The notes below the pieces were generated by a model. The model did not search any database. It was not told where the DNA came from and worked only from the letters and a program-made list of their open reading frames with translations. Below, piece by piece: positions 42,423 through 54,444 of a DNA stretch of 64,000 nt; within the stretch, counting starts at the first letter, position 1; every line of letters starts with the position of its first letter. Source of the DNA: Antechinus flavipes (taxonomy: Eukaryota). The stretch spans positions 725,214,001-725,278,000 of the forward strand of contig NC_067398.1 of assembly GCF_016432865.1 (NCBI RefSeq), written 5' to 3'. The position numbers and the translations under genes were made by a program.

Positions 42423-44843
42423 TCATGCTGCTGATATATGCATATTGCACATTATCCTTATGAACAAATGAAGAAAAATCTGGTCAAATTAAGAATCCCT
42501 CCCTCCAACAGTTTTTGCTTCTAGATAGATCCAGCACTGGCAGCTACATCCAATTACTTCTGGGTGTAGCTTATCTAATGCAATCTATTGACTCTTCCAT
42601 TTTTTAAAAATAAGTTGCAGTTAGTTTTCAGAATAACTATATTCATCAAGAAAAAATATTCTGTAAATCTATTTTTAGCTATCTGTACTCCAATTTGAGT
42701 GTGTGCATGTTTGTGTATGTAAATAATGTAGAGAAAAAATATGAAACCTTCCCCAGTAGTTTGTGTTCCAACATAGACCCAACACTAGACTGCCATATGT
42801 AATTCCTTCTGTCCTTCTTATGAAGTGCATGTCACTAATCTGTTTTTTTCTTTTCTTTTTTTAACTAATATCAGATAGTTTCAATGAAAACTACTTTGGA
42901 ATATAATTTTCAGATCATCTAATGCTAGAAGACTTTTCATGCCCATCTTTATGAATATAATGTCAGTGATATTCACTTTGAAGATTTTCATATGAATAAT
43001 GTTATTTTGTATATTTCATACAAAATTGCTTTTGTAATTAGATTGGCACAAAATGGCATCTGGAGGTTAATTTTGTACTTTAATCATTTTCATTAGGTTG
43101 AAATATTCAATCCATGAACAATGAATCTCTCTCAACATTTAGGCCTTACTTTCTGTCTTTTTTACATATTATTTTCTCCAATATAGTGAAGATTCTTTGA
43201 AGAGAAAGTAGTATTTTATATTTCATTTCTGTATCCCTTGAGTTTCCCACAATATCTGAAACATTATTGGTAGATTTTAACTCTCCAGTTATTTGAATGT
43301 CAGAATGGCAAAGGGGAGAAAGATATAAAATATGTAGAAAAATATAATTCGAGAAGAAATGAAAGTTCAGAATTTTCTAAATGACATAAAATATAACACA
43401 ATGAGATCATTATACGTTTGGAATGCTTTCTTCAAGGTTTAAAATTAAAAGTAAGGTTTCTTCGGAAAATCCAATAAGTTGGTATGCATGATCATGATAG
43501 CATCACTGCAGGAAGGACTCTTGAGACATAGATATATTAATAATGCAATTTAGGAGGAGATCTAGATTGATCCAACTACTCTGGAAGAGATTTGGAATTA
43601 TATAAGAGAAATTTTAAAAAGTAAACCTGCTCAAGGATTACACCACTAGGACAACCTCCAAAGAGGTCAAAGACATACGTGAAAAGCCCTGTGTGAAATG
43701 CAATTCTAACTGCATTTGTGCATTGTGTGCCCTCTGTACCAGGCTAGTTCCACCAGCATCCCCACCTGGAGCACTATACCCCATGTGAGCTTAGCCTAGT
43801 GACCAAAGCCATCATCCTGGGAAGCAACCCCAGGGGAGATGCATGCCGGCCTCTGGTCCTGCTGAAAACTCAGAAACAAAATCTCTGTCACTAAGGACCA
43901 CAGCAAGGCTGTCAAATGGGTCAGCACTAACAAACCAATGTGGTTCTAGCAGCAGAAAACACATTAAAAAAGAGGCCTGATTGTCTGCTAATGAGCTGGA
44001 CCAACCAAGGGACCTTCTCCTGAAACTGAAACCTTGGTTTGTTCTCCCATTAGCAGGGGAACTTCTGGAGGGCAGGGATTGTCTGACTTTCCTGCTATCT
44101 CCATCACTTAGCACTGTGTTAAGTGCAGCAAACATTTAATCCTTTTAAAGACATCCCAAAATGCTTAGCAGTGGGAGAGCTACGTCCAGGGATAATTTAG
44201 TCTCTTTGTTTGCTTAACTCCATAATGAAATGAATAATGGTTGGGCCTCTTCCCAGCACCATTAATAGAACATCAGTGTACCTCTTTTCCAACACCATTT
44301 CCCCCTCAATGACTGCTCTCTTCACTTTGCACAACTGGCACAGTGTAAGGTAAAATCTCCAAGCTCTTTTTCTCTATTTTTGAAAAATTGTTTAATTTTA
44401 TTTTTGTAAAGAAATTTTTAATAACATAGATCCAAAAATATGTTTTTAAAAAACATCAGAAGGCAATGTGGAAGCAACTGTGCCTTTTCTTTTGTTTTTT
44501 GCAAGAGAAATAAGACACTTTAAGAAGTGCAAAGGAATGAACAATCAAGCGAGATAAAGTAGGAAAATGACTGCTGCTCTTGAGACAATGCCAGAAGAGA
44601 AGAGATAAAATATCCTCCCCCAACTGAGGCCCTTCTTTCTTTACCCCAGCTAAGGACGGGCAGACACAGGGCTGAGGGTAAGACATTGCTTTGTTCAAGG
44701 AGCAGGGAGGCTAAAGAAGGAGCTCCCCTTGGATCCACCGCCTGCGGGAGCTGAATAAAGGGCTCTCTGTTTGAAGTTTTACACGGGATTCTCTCTAAAT
44801 GACCAACCCAGCTATTACTTGCCACAATACACCTGCCACTCAC

Positions 44844-44939
44844 CTGGAAGGCTAATCCTTGGGACATCTCCCTCCAGCATCCATGGTGCTTCCCTTCGCT
44901 CCAACCGGGAGATGACAAACGGTTTGGAGAATACAAGTC
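44844..44939 (-). CDS. Gene C KRAB-B exon (GLVFSKPFVISRLERREAPWMLEGDVPRISLP)
   Basis: 96 nt, bounded by gcag| and |gtgagt. Confidence 0.94.
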
Positions 44940-45322
44940 CTGCTTGATGGAAATGGAACAGGGAGAGAGCAGGACAGAGAATCACATTAGAATTGAATAG
45001 AATTAGAATATACAGTATTTGTGGCTCAGGCACAGGCGCTGGAGAAGCAGTATCAGTAAAGGGGAAGATAAGATCTATTATGTGCCAGGTACTCCACTAA
45101 GCAATCTACAAATATAATCTCCTTTGATCAAAAAGTAAGAACTTTCACCAGAGACTAGAAAACATGCATATCAAGTCTCTCTCAGACCCAAAAGGATGAG
45201 GATCTCTGATCTCTGCATTTCAAATACTAAGACACCCACAATGAAAGAATCCCAGAGTTTAAGTATTAGAAGATACCTCAGCTGCTATCCAATCCAGTCC
45301 ATATATCCCACACTATTTATTA

Positions 45323-45493
<171 letters not shown>

Positions 45494-45535
45494 CTAAAAC
45501 GGCAAGTACATTTGAGTTTACAAAAGACTGATACA

Positions 45536-45677
45536 GGGGCAGCTAGGTGGTGCAGTGGATAGAGCACTGGCCCTGAAGTCAGGAGGACCTGAGTTCAAAT
45601 ATGAGCTCAGGCATTTAATACTTCCTAGCTGTGGGATTCAAAGTCATTGAACCCCAACTGCCTCAGAAAAAAAAAAA
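45536..45677 (+). mobile_element. WSINE1-like short SINE with A-tail
   Basis: ggggcagctaggtggtgcagtggatagagcactggccctgaagtcaggaggacctgagttcaaat...ccccaactgcctcagaaaaa. Confidence 0.85.
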
Positions 45678-45890
45678 GACCCATATATACAGAACTCATT
45701 AAAAAAAGGGGGGGATAAAAAAAAAATTCCATTTCTATGACAGAAGTTATTGAGTTTGTGCAGATTCTGTTGTGTTTTTAAAATTCAGTTTCATCTGTTT
45801 TTAACCTTCATTCTTGGTTTTGTTATATTGTAACATTTGTTTGTTAATAATTGCTGGAGAAGAGGAAAGCATGTTTTAAAATTCTTATTG

Positions 45891-45969
45891 ATATATTGGA
45901 CTCTGACAAATATGACTGCCAAAAAAAATATATATATTGGACTCTGACAAATATGACTGCCAAAAAAAA
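45891..45969. repeat. Perfect short tandem duplication (period 41)
   Basis: atatattggactctgacaaatatgactgccaaaaaaaa at 45891-45928 and 45932-45969. Confidence 0.95.
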
Positions 45970-46239
45970 AAAAATTAAAAAACACATACATGAAGGAACA
46001 AAATAAAAAGAAAACGGTTTAATGACACGAAATCTTACAAGATAAAGGACCAGAGGCAGATGAGAAAACAGAATGAAGCAATATGAGAATTAATAGAAAT
46101 AATATGAATTGATGAAATCTAAATATTACAGGTATATAAGCATACTTTTGTGCAGCCTTTAATATGGCCACCCCCTTCTCCACAATAATTTCTCTCCAAT
46201 AGGTTTTCTTGTCCCTGTTCTCTCCTGGTTCTTCTCCTA

Positions 46240-46800
46240 CCTGAATGATGCTCCCTCTCAGTTTCCTTTGCTGGACCTTCAACCACCCCCTCACACACAC
46301 CTTAGCCCTCATCCCCCAGCTGGGTCCCCAAGGCTCTTTCTGGTCCTTTCTCTTCCTCTTCTTCTATACTATGTCACTGGGTGATCTCATCAGTTCCCAG
46401 GGTTCAATGATCATCTCCAGGAAGATTATCCCCCCATTTATATACCTAGCACTAATCTCTTGCCTCAATCACCAAGGATCCACTGGACACCTTCACCAGG
46501 ACAGGCTCTAATTGGCATTTGAAGCTCAAACTTTCCCAAGCTGACCTCTCGATCTTTCCCACCAACCCTTCCCCTCTTCCTAGTCCTGTCCAAGGCTCCA
46601 CCAGCCTCCCAGCGGTCCCGGCTTCCAAGCTCAGCCAAGTCATCCTTGGCAGCCCTTCCCATTCACCCCAACCTGCTGTCAAGGCTTGTCATTCTATCTC
46701 CATGACAGTTCTCCCTCAGGCCCCCTTCTCTGCACCCACACGACCACCCTTGGCCCCCACCACCAGTGCCCAATTTCCAGAGTGCACAAAAATCCTGTTC
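46240..46800 (+). mobile_element. L2 fragment
   Basis: ccccaaggctct...ctcttctatactatgtcactgggtgatctcatcagttcccagggttcaatgatcatctc...ctcaaactttcccaagctgacctc. Confidence 0.7.
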
Positions 46801-48699
46801 AGTTGATAAGGGGATTAAAGTAAGAACAATTTTGCTCAACTGAAATATTCCAAAAGTCCTAATGTGAGTGTAAAAAATTGTTGAATGCAGAGAAGATCGT
46901 AAAAAGGGAGGAGGAGCTAGGAAAGTGAGTGGGTCAATTATTGTGTATCTGAAAGTTGTGAGAGATGGTAGAATGGGGACTACTGTGAGATCCTACTCAA
47001 CCTGCAAGGGGAACAAGAACTGTCAGAGAATAAAAGGTCCCCTCTCCATATGTGGTTCTCCACTTACCATAGGCCTTAGATTGATTCTCTTATTTACTAG
47101 ATCCCCTGGAGTTCTGCAACGGTCCAGGGGCACAATTGGATGGATTCTTATTAATTAAATGGAAATTGCTTTCTCATTATTACGTGTATCACTCTTCCCA
47201 TTTCATGTAATATAACTTAATGAACTATAGAAATTTCCTTTCCCAATAGTAATTACTCTTCCTTATCTATGACTGAATAAAATACTAAAATTCAGAAATA
47301 TACACAATTTAATAAATATCATAGATGGAATATATAAAGACAAAAGAAATTATATTTTAACTTCATAAAAACATAGCCACTGTAAGTTCTCTATAACACC
47401 ACCTGATTACTCTTCACTTATCTGCAGTTATCCACATTATTCTCTCGAATAATTTTTCCTAAGCAAATGAAATAGTCTCTTTTTCATATTTTCTTTCTCT
47501 CTCCATTTCTCCATTTTTCTTTGCATGGGAAGAAACACCTCAATAATAAGTCCTTTTTCAACAATGATTTCCAACCTGCCACCATTCTCCTCCCACCTCT
47601 CAGTTTCTCTTTCTCTTCACTGGAAAACCTTTCCTTGGGGTTTTTGGGAGGCTGCTTGATCTCTCTTTCCTTCCGTCTCTTTATCTATCTTGTCCTTCCC
47701 CTGCTCTTGGACACTGGTGACTACATGCTCCTGAATAATCTCTTCTAAGTTTTTATAACATTGCTCTCTTTTGGACCTTCCTCCTACCTAACCTCCCCTT
47801 CTCTCTGTCTCCTCGTGGGTCATTACATGTATTCACCCTAACTCTGCGTGTACTCCAAGGATCTGTCATGGGCCTGGTATTTGTTTCTTTTGATAGTATC
47901 CTTCAGGGGCCGTCTTTCTTCCTTCAGTTAAAAAAATTCTGGCCGTGCAAACTTTTTCTAAATGTTCCATTTGGCCCACGGTCTCTGTGAGAAGTATCTT
48001 TAGTTACACAAGTTAATTTAAAATTAGCCTGTAGTCCTTGAAACGAATAAAATTTAAGTTAATTTAAAATAAAGTAAAATGAGGACTAACATTAAATATG
48101 AACGTTGCTCTGCTGTAGCTTTTAAAGGCCTCTTTGTGTTTCTCTGGGCAAAGCGTCCCCTTTGCCCTTTCAATAAGTCCCTGGAGACCTCAGAATGGAT
48201 CAGCGGCGCTTCTCCCAGGGGTGCAGGCTCCCATATGGCTGGACGCACCTCTGAGGCCAAAGGAAGACCTCAAACCTGCCACTCACCCGCCACTCCCAAG
48301 CACTGGACACGTTCTCCAAGAGGTGACATATTCCGGTTCCTCTTACCCTACCCAAATCAACGAGAGAAGTCTCAGCTCCCAAAGAAAAGCCTCACTCCCC
48401 AAACCTCGTTCCCCGCACATCGGTCCTGTCCTTACACACATCCCTCCTTTTTAAGGATTGTCACCCATATACCTTGTTTGTACACAGTTTTTGGCTTGTA
48501 GCATCTTCCAATAGACCAGAAGCCCTTGAGAGCAGGCTCTTTCTGCCTCTCCATACCCACTGCTTAACGCAGAGCCTAGCATTTAACTAGGTGCTTAATT
48601 ATAAATGTCTCTGCTCTTGCTGCTGCTGAAACGTCCCCAGCCAGCTCTGTGCCCCCTGGCACTCCTGTCCAATAGGGAATGAAAGTTCCCTTCATTTTA

Positions 48700-51560
48700 G
48701 CCATGGATCTCTTTCCTTTTATTCCCCAGAACTCACTGGCGGCCAGGGTGATGACGCTGCACCCTCAGCCAAGCTCGGCAGTCCCCATAGGTCGCTAGTG
48801 GCAGAGCGAACGTCCCCCGCTCCCGCTGCCTCCTGGGAGGTCTCCCAATCCCCTGCGAGGTCAGTGCTTGGCCAACCATCTCCCTTCCTACTCTTCCCCC
48901 CTCAGGCCTGGCTCCGTCCCCAGCTGCTCCCTTTGGCCCGGACGGACAAGTATGTTCCCCAGCCTTCACTTGAGGAAGCGCCTCCATCCCTGCATGTCCC
49001 GCTATTGTCTGGTCTCCCTGTTCAGCCTGCAAGGACACTCTCAGAACCCGGCAATCAATTGTATGACAAGGCAGACCCAGATGCAGGACCACCCAGCGTG
49101 GGTGCCTCCGCAGAGAAGGCCTTGGGCTCCCCGAGCAAAGCGGACCTGAGCCCGAAGCACACCCGAGAAGCACAGGGTCAGAGGCTCCGCGAAGGTTCGC
49201 ACGGATCACCGGGTCCCAGCCACGGCCCGACGCCCTAACGCATTACGTCACTTTGGTCTTCTTGGAGAGCCGAGGGTATAAAGCATCCGATTAAATGAAG
49301 CAGCGCTGTGCCGAACCACAGGGAAAGCCACGGGTTTGGCCTCCTGGGAGCTCCCAGAGACCAGATGGAGAAAAAGATTCTATGCGGAGAACGCGATCTA
49401 ATGCAATTACACAAGCGCGCGCGCACACGTGCCTGACTCTCCAGCTGTGCCCACAAGGGCGCCGAGGGCCAGCGGGGTGGGGGCACCTCGGAGAAGGGCG
49501 GACGCAGAAACCTGAAGCCAACATAGAACAAGGCAAGGCGCCCTCCCCCAAAGGGACCGCGAAGATTGACCCCGGAACACGTGCGGAGGGCCCGAAGGGC
49601 TCCACTCACCGGCCGGGTCCCAGCGGACAGGAGCGCAGGGGCCATCTCCTCCTCCTCCTCCCGCACGAGGGCGGAGCTGGGAAACAACGAGGGGCGTGAG
49701 CAGGGCACGGGACATTTCCCCCCGACCCCCTCCCGCATCCCCATCCCCCCTGTGTCCCCCTCCCTCCCCACTTCGCAGGGCCAGGCCGGCCTCTCTCACA
49801 GCCAGACCACAGTCTGCCCCCGAAACCTCCAGAAGGAGGCCCGCCTGCCTCGAGGAGCGTGCCCTCTTTGGGGGGCACGCGAGGGGCAAACGCAGGGGAG
49901 CCCACTTACTGACACAGCCAGTCAACCCACTCGAGTCGGGGGAGGGAAGTTTTACCAGCTCACAGCCAGGAGGCGGCTCAGGAGGAGGGGCCGATAAAAA
50001 GGGCGAGGATTGGCTGCATCCCGGCTTCAAAGGACCAATGGGAGCCTTCCCTCTCCGAGGGGGCGGGGCATTTAACATACAAGAGCCCGGACTTTTCCCA
50101 TCCCGGAAGCTTCCAAACCTGGCAATGGGTACTGGGCCCGTCTTCGGCTTCCTCACTGACCCCGGACGGGCAGCGGCTGCGGACAGAGCGGGATCCAGGC
50201 ACCCGCCAGCCTGCTCGGGACTCCTGGTAGTGTACGGAAGGGGGAGGGTGGAGAGGGGAAGAGACAGGAACGGATATGACGTTTTACGGTCCCGCCCCCT
50301 TGTCATTCGGGCTCCAATCCCGGCCAGAGCCTAGCGATTCTTTTTCCCTCCCCATGCTGGGTTGTACTTGAACGGCCACTCTCGCCACTTCCCCTCACCG
50401 AGTGAGCAGAGCTTCCTGGGAAATGTAGTCCTCGGGCCGGCCGCGCATGCCCAGCGGAGAAGGACCCCGTCTGCGGCCGGGCCCGACCTTGCCGCGGGTC
50501 TGCGCGTGCGCGGGCTGGGATACAGCTTCGGAATCTTGGCCCAGCCCCCAGTGTAGCCCCGGGGACCCGACGTCCAGAAAGGTCCCCTGCTGAGATGTCT
50601 GCCCGGTGTGCAGATCCGGAGACTAGGGTTTCCCTCAAAAAGCGTGAGGCCATTGTCGGGGGGCTACCTCGTGTCCCCTCCCCGCCCTCTTCTGCTCCCC
50701 CTGGTGGCGCCCCTGCTTTAGGAAGGTCCGTTTGGCAGGTGAACGCGGGAGGACAGACCTGAGGCAGACAGACCCCCCCCCACAGGCTAATGCTGGGGTT
50801 CGGGCGGGAGGCGAAGAGCCCGGGCCAAAGTGTCAGCGGGAAGAAGGGGCGGATTAGGGAGGGGGCGGAGGTGAAGTCTGGAAACCCTGTGGGGGAGGAG
50901 TCATTTACACTAACTGGCGTTTGGAGAGCTTCGCAAATACCCTCTCATTTTACCCTCTCAACAGACTTTCCCCGGTGGCCACTGGTACCGGGCTGGCAGG
51001 AGAACACCCGCTTCTTGAGCGCCGATCGGGAACCAGCCTTCCCCGAGGTTCCCTCCGTCCTGTCCGGATCCCGGACGGTTGCTCTCCTCCCAGGGATTTC
51101 CCGAGAACCACCCCCTGGGCTTCCTCTGCACCCAGCCCTCCGTCCTCCAGCTGGCCTTTGCCTTTCATCGACATGAGGATGTCCCGCCCCCTCCGCGCTC
51201 AGCTCCCCCGAACTACATCCCCCCCATCCTTCGCGGCCATGATCACCGTCTCTAGGTTTTCCCCCTTCCCGGTGCCTGACCCTCCCTTCTGGGCTCCCCT
51301 CCCCGGGCCCCAGGCCCTTTTCTCTGGGCTCACCACTCCTGGGCCGGCCACCTCCCCCGGCTGTTACCCGCCCGATCCTCGTTCCTGGACCTGACACTGT
51401 CCTCCAACCCGGGGTCCTGCCAGTCCCGCCGCTCCTTTTTCTAAGCCTCTATTTCCTTGGCTCCATTTAATCCCAAACGCCGATTATGGGTAAGCACCTT
51501 TAATGCGTAATGTACTGGGTCCGCTGCTCCCGGAGGAAAAGCGGTTCCTGCCCCCAGGAG
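48700..51560. promoter_or_regulatory. CpG island and promoter of gene C (paralogous to the gene B promoter)
   Basis: Aligns by eye with ~36550-37230. CCAAT at 50314, SBS TTCCTGGGAAATGTAGTC at 50413-50430, NRF1-like GCGCATGCCC at 50443, minus-strand donor TCG|gtgagg at ~50399. Confidence 0.85.
49610..49645 (-). CDS. Gene C first coding exon (MAPALLSAGTRP); exon probably spans 49610-49676
   Basis: ATG GCC CCT GCG CTC CTG TCC GCT GGG ACC CGG CCG|gtgagt, phase 0. Joined CDS 2499 nt = 832 aa plus stop. Confidence 0.87.
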
Positions 51561-51599
51561 TGTCCGTTTCCTGGTGGTGGCTCAAACCCACATCCCCAG

Positions 51600-52089
51600 T
51601 GATGCTGAAACCGGAGTAACTGAGGCAAGGTGGAGATTAGAGAGAGTTTAATGTTTTACTTGAAAGGGAGAGATTTACTGGGACCAGAGGGATCCATGGT
51701 TTGGTCCTCTCCCAGAATCCAGCGGCCGATGCAGCTCTCAGTGGCATATTTATGCACAGTAGCTAAACAAAGGCAGGGGGTGGCGTCCAGACTCTGGGGA
51801 GGGGGAATCTCCAGGCAGGAACCATCAATTTGGTTCGGATAGGGTGGGGGGTAGGACCATAAATTCTTACTAACTGGGCAGTAAGAAAGTGTCTGGCTAG
51901 AGACAGCATGGCTGCGTTCCCCCTTTTTGAGTTTACACATTGACAACTTATAACCTCTGAGTTATACCAGTCTTAATGGGGGAGGAAGGGATTTGCAAGT
52001 AAGGGGATTGAGTCAGAACAATTTAGGGAAACTGAGGCAGGATAATTAGGGAAACTGAGTCAGGACAATTAAAAGAGAACTGTGGTACA
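51600..52089 (-). mobile_element. Probable solo LTR
   Basis: TG...CA ends. On the minus strand it has U3-like internal repeats (ttagggaaactgag x2), a TATA-like CATAAATAT (~51750) and ATTAAA (51647-51652) near the 3' end. I could not find a clean TSD. Confidence 0.65.
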
Positions 52090-53351
52090 GTATGATAATA
52101 TGACATGGTGGAGAAATTACTACTAAATGGAGAGACCAAAATGACTTCACTTTTGGAAGTTGTATATATCCTGAACTTTAGAGGCTAGAGCATCTCCATC
52201 CAGTGATGGAGAAAATGATTTTTGTGCATGGTGGCCAGTCTGAGCAACAGGCGGTAGTAGAAGGCTGAATTTGGGGCACAACAAATAGGGCAGCGAAGTC
52301 GTGTCAAATGTGTGCAGGGCTATGGTAGGTTGGAACCTGTCCTACACAATATTTTAAATCCCCTGGCACTGAGTTGGCATTTTTCTCTACAAACAATGGT
52401 GAGCCAATAAAGTGAGAGAGTGGACAGAGGCCCTAGTTTGGCAATCCCATGAAAAAAGGGTTAAAAAGGCAGAGGCTGGAAGCTGAACCCAATTAGAAGA
52501 CTATTGCAAATACATATCAATATGTATCAGGATCAATAGAAGTGCTGGTAGTTAGAACCAAAGCTATTGTACCCATAACTTGGGTCCCTATAAATTCTAA
52601 GTATCAACTAACTGATCAACTGATCGACTCCCAGAAACCTTACAGGAACTTCCAGCTGCATCACACAGGTGGAGAATATTCACAGGGATTGTGATCTTTA
52701 GATCGAATGGAGTCTGATTGCTGCTGGTTACATTCTCTTATTTGTGGGGCGGGGAAGGGGTGTCACTGAACTTGTCCCTTTTTGCTTGGAGGGGCAGGGG
52801 AGAGAGAATTTTTTTTTTGCAGTTAAGGAGATGATGATGATGATGAAAATGATAATCACAGTATTTTACATAAGATATTCAGTTAATGTGGGTGAAAGAA
52901 GAATGTGAGCTCAGCAGTTAGACTCAAGGCTATGTTACCAAATGGAACCAAGCCCAGTTCTGTGCTTGTGCTTGCGGATACCCACAGTTAGTAAACTTTA
53001 GACCTGGAAGAAATGGTGCTGTCCACAGTACAATTGCGGGGCACTGGATTCTCATCTCTGACATTTTCTGCCTGTGTGACGTTGGTCAAGTCCTAGAACC
53101 TTCTTCTGCCTTGGTTTCTCATCTGCTGAATGATTGAATTGGGCAAGTTGGCCTCTGAAGTCCCTTTCAGTGCCTCATTTAGGATCCCAGGCAGTTGGAG
53201 AGTTGCTCATCTGGGCCAAATTCACAATAAATTTGTTATCTACTAGCTGATCCTTCACCACTGCTGGACGATCCTCCCCCGCCCCCCAACTGAAATCTCT
53301 AATCCACTCCCCAAAGCAATCAGTGCAAACTGTGTGGGACGCAGGGACCCT

Positions 53352-53780
53352 TGCCAATAATTCCAGAGCCTCAGGATAAGTGTAGTAAAAAAGAAAGTTT
53401 ATTAGCTTTCTCCAGAAAGGACACTCTGAACACCAAAGGTGGTGCTGTTAACAGAGAAGCGCTCGTGTGTGTTCAGCAGAGCAGATTCTATAGACTTCCC
53501 CATCCCTTCTTTCTCTTTGACCCATCTGGGTCTCAGGAGGTACAATCTATTCTTGGAATACCCCAGCACAAAAGCAAAGCAAACAAGTCTCACCAGATGG
53601 TGAGGGGATGACCCCTTTCCCTTCTAGTCTGGAGGTTGCAATAACTTTTGTTTTCGCTAGGGGAAGTATGGCTTCATAGTCGGAATGTACTTTAGCTTTC
53701 AAAAACAATTTGATTTACAAGGCAAGATACACGCCAGATTATCTGAGCAATTCAGATCACATGATGGGAAAGCCTCACCT
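53352..53780 (-). mobile_element. LTR-like element
   Basis: Minus-strand AATAAA at 53398-53403, about 45 nt before a terminal CA at 53352. The 5' boundary and TSD are unresolved. Confidence 0.4.
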
Positions 53781-54280
53781 AGTAGTTTGTGTTTTAAAAT
53801 GCATTAAAAAAAATGCATAGGATTACAAAAGTAGTCACACAAAATTATCAAAAGATTTTTTAAAAGTTCATAGATCTGAAGTGAAGAATCCCTGACCAGG
53901 TGGGGAGGGGGAGAAAAGGGGGGGACGACTTCTCCTCAGGTTTTAATTCTCTATCAAGAAAGAATGTTAACCTGGGCTAAAATAATTCTTGTTTGTTCCA
54001 CTTAGAAGTTCTCTATCTCTTGGATAAGGGTTTTGTTCTGGCTGGAAGTCTCTGGTTGTATTGATAGGGTAAATGTGCCTGGGAGCAACCTAGGATCCAA
54101 GGGCCCTGTGAGGAGCAAGCCGGACCTGGGGAGTTACCTGGTATGGCCCCAGTGGTTGCAGATGATCTGGAGGTTGAGCTGTAGATGCCAGCTCCCCAGA
54201 CCGTCCTGTATAAAAGGGACTCTGATAGCGGCTGATTTGCTGATGCATAAAGTAGAATAATTAGCGCATCTTTCCCCACC

Positions 54281-54444
54281 GAGCTTCTCTCTCCCCCCGT
54301 GTTACGGGGAACCTGGCCCACTGGCTTTGCCCATCAGAGCTTCGCTCTCCCCCCGTTATGGGGAACCTGGCCCACTGGCTTTGCCCATCAGAGCTTCTCT
54401 CTCCCCCCGTTATGGGGAACCTGGCCCACTGGCTTTGCCCCCCA
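54281..54444. repeat. 54-56 bp tandem repeat, 3 copies, ~65 bp downstream of a TATAAAAG
   Basis: GAGCTTC(T/G)CTCTCCCCCCGT..A(C/T)GGGGAACCTGGCCCACTGGCTTTGCCC at 54281, 54337 and 54391; TATA at 54209-54216. Confidence 0.95.
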
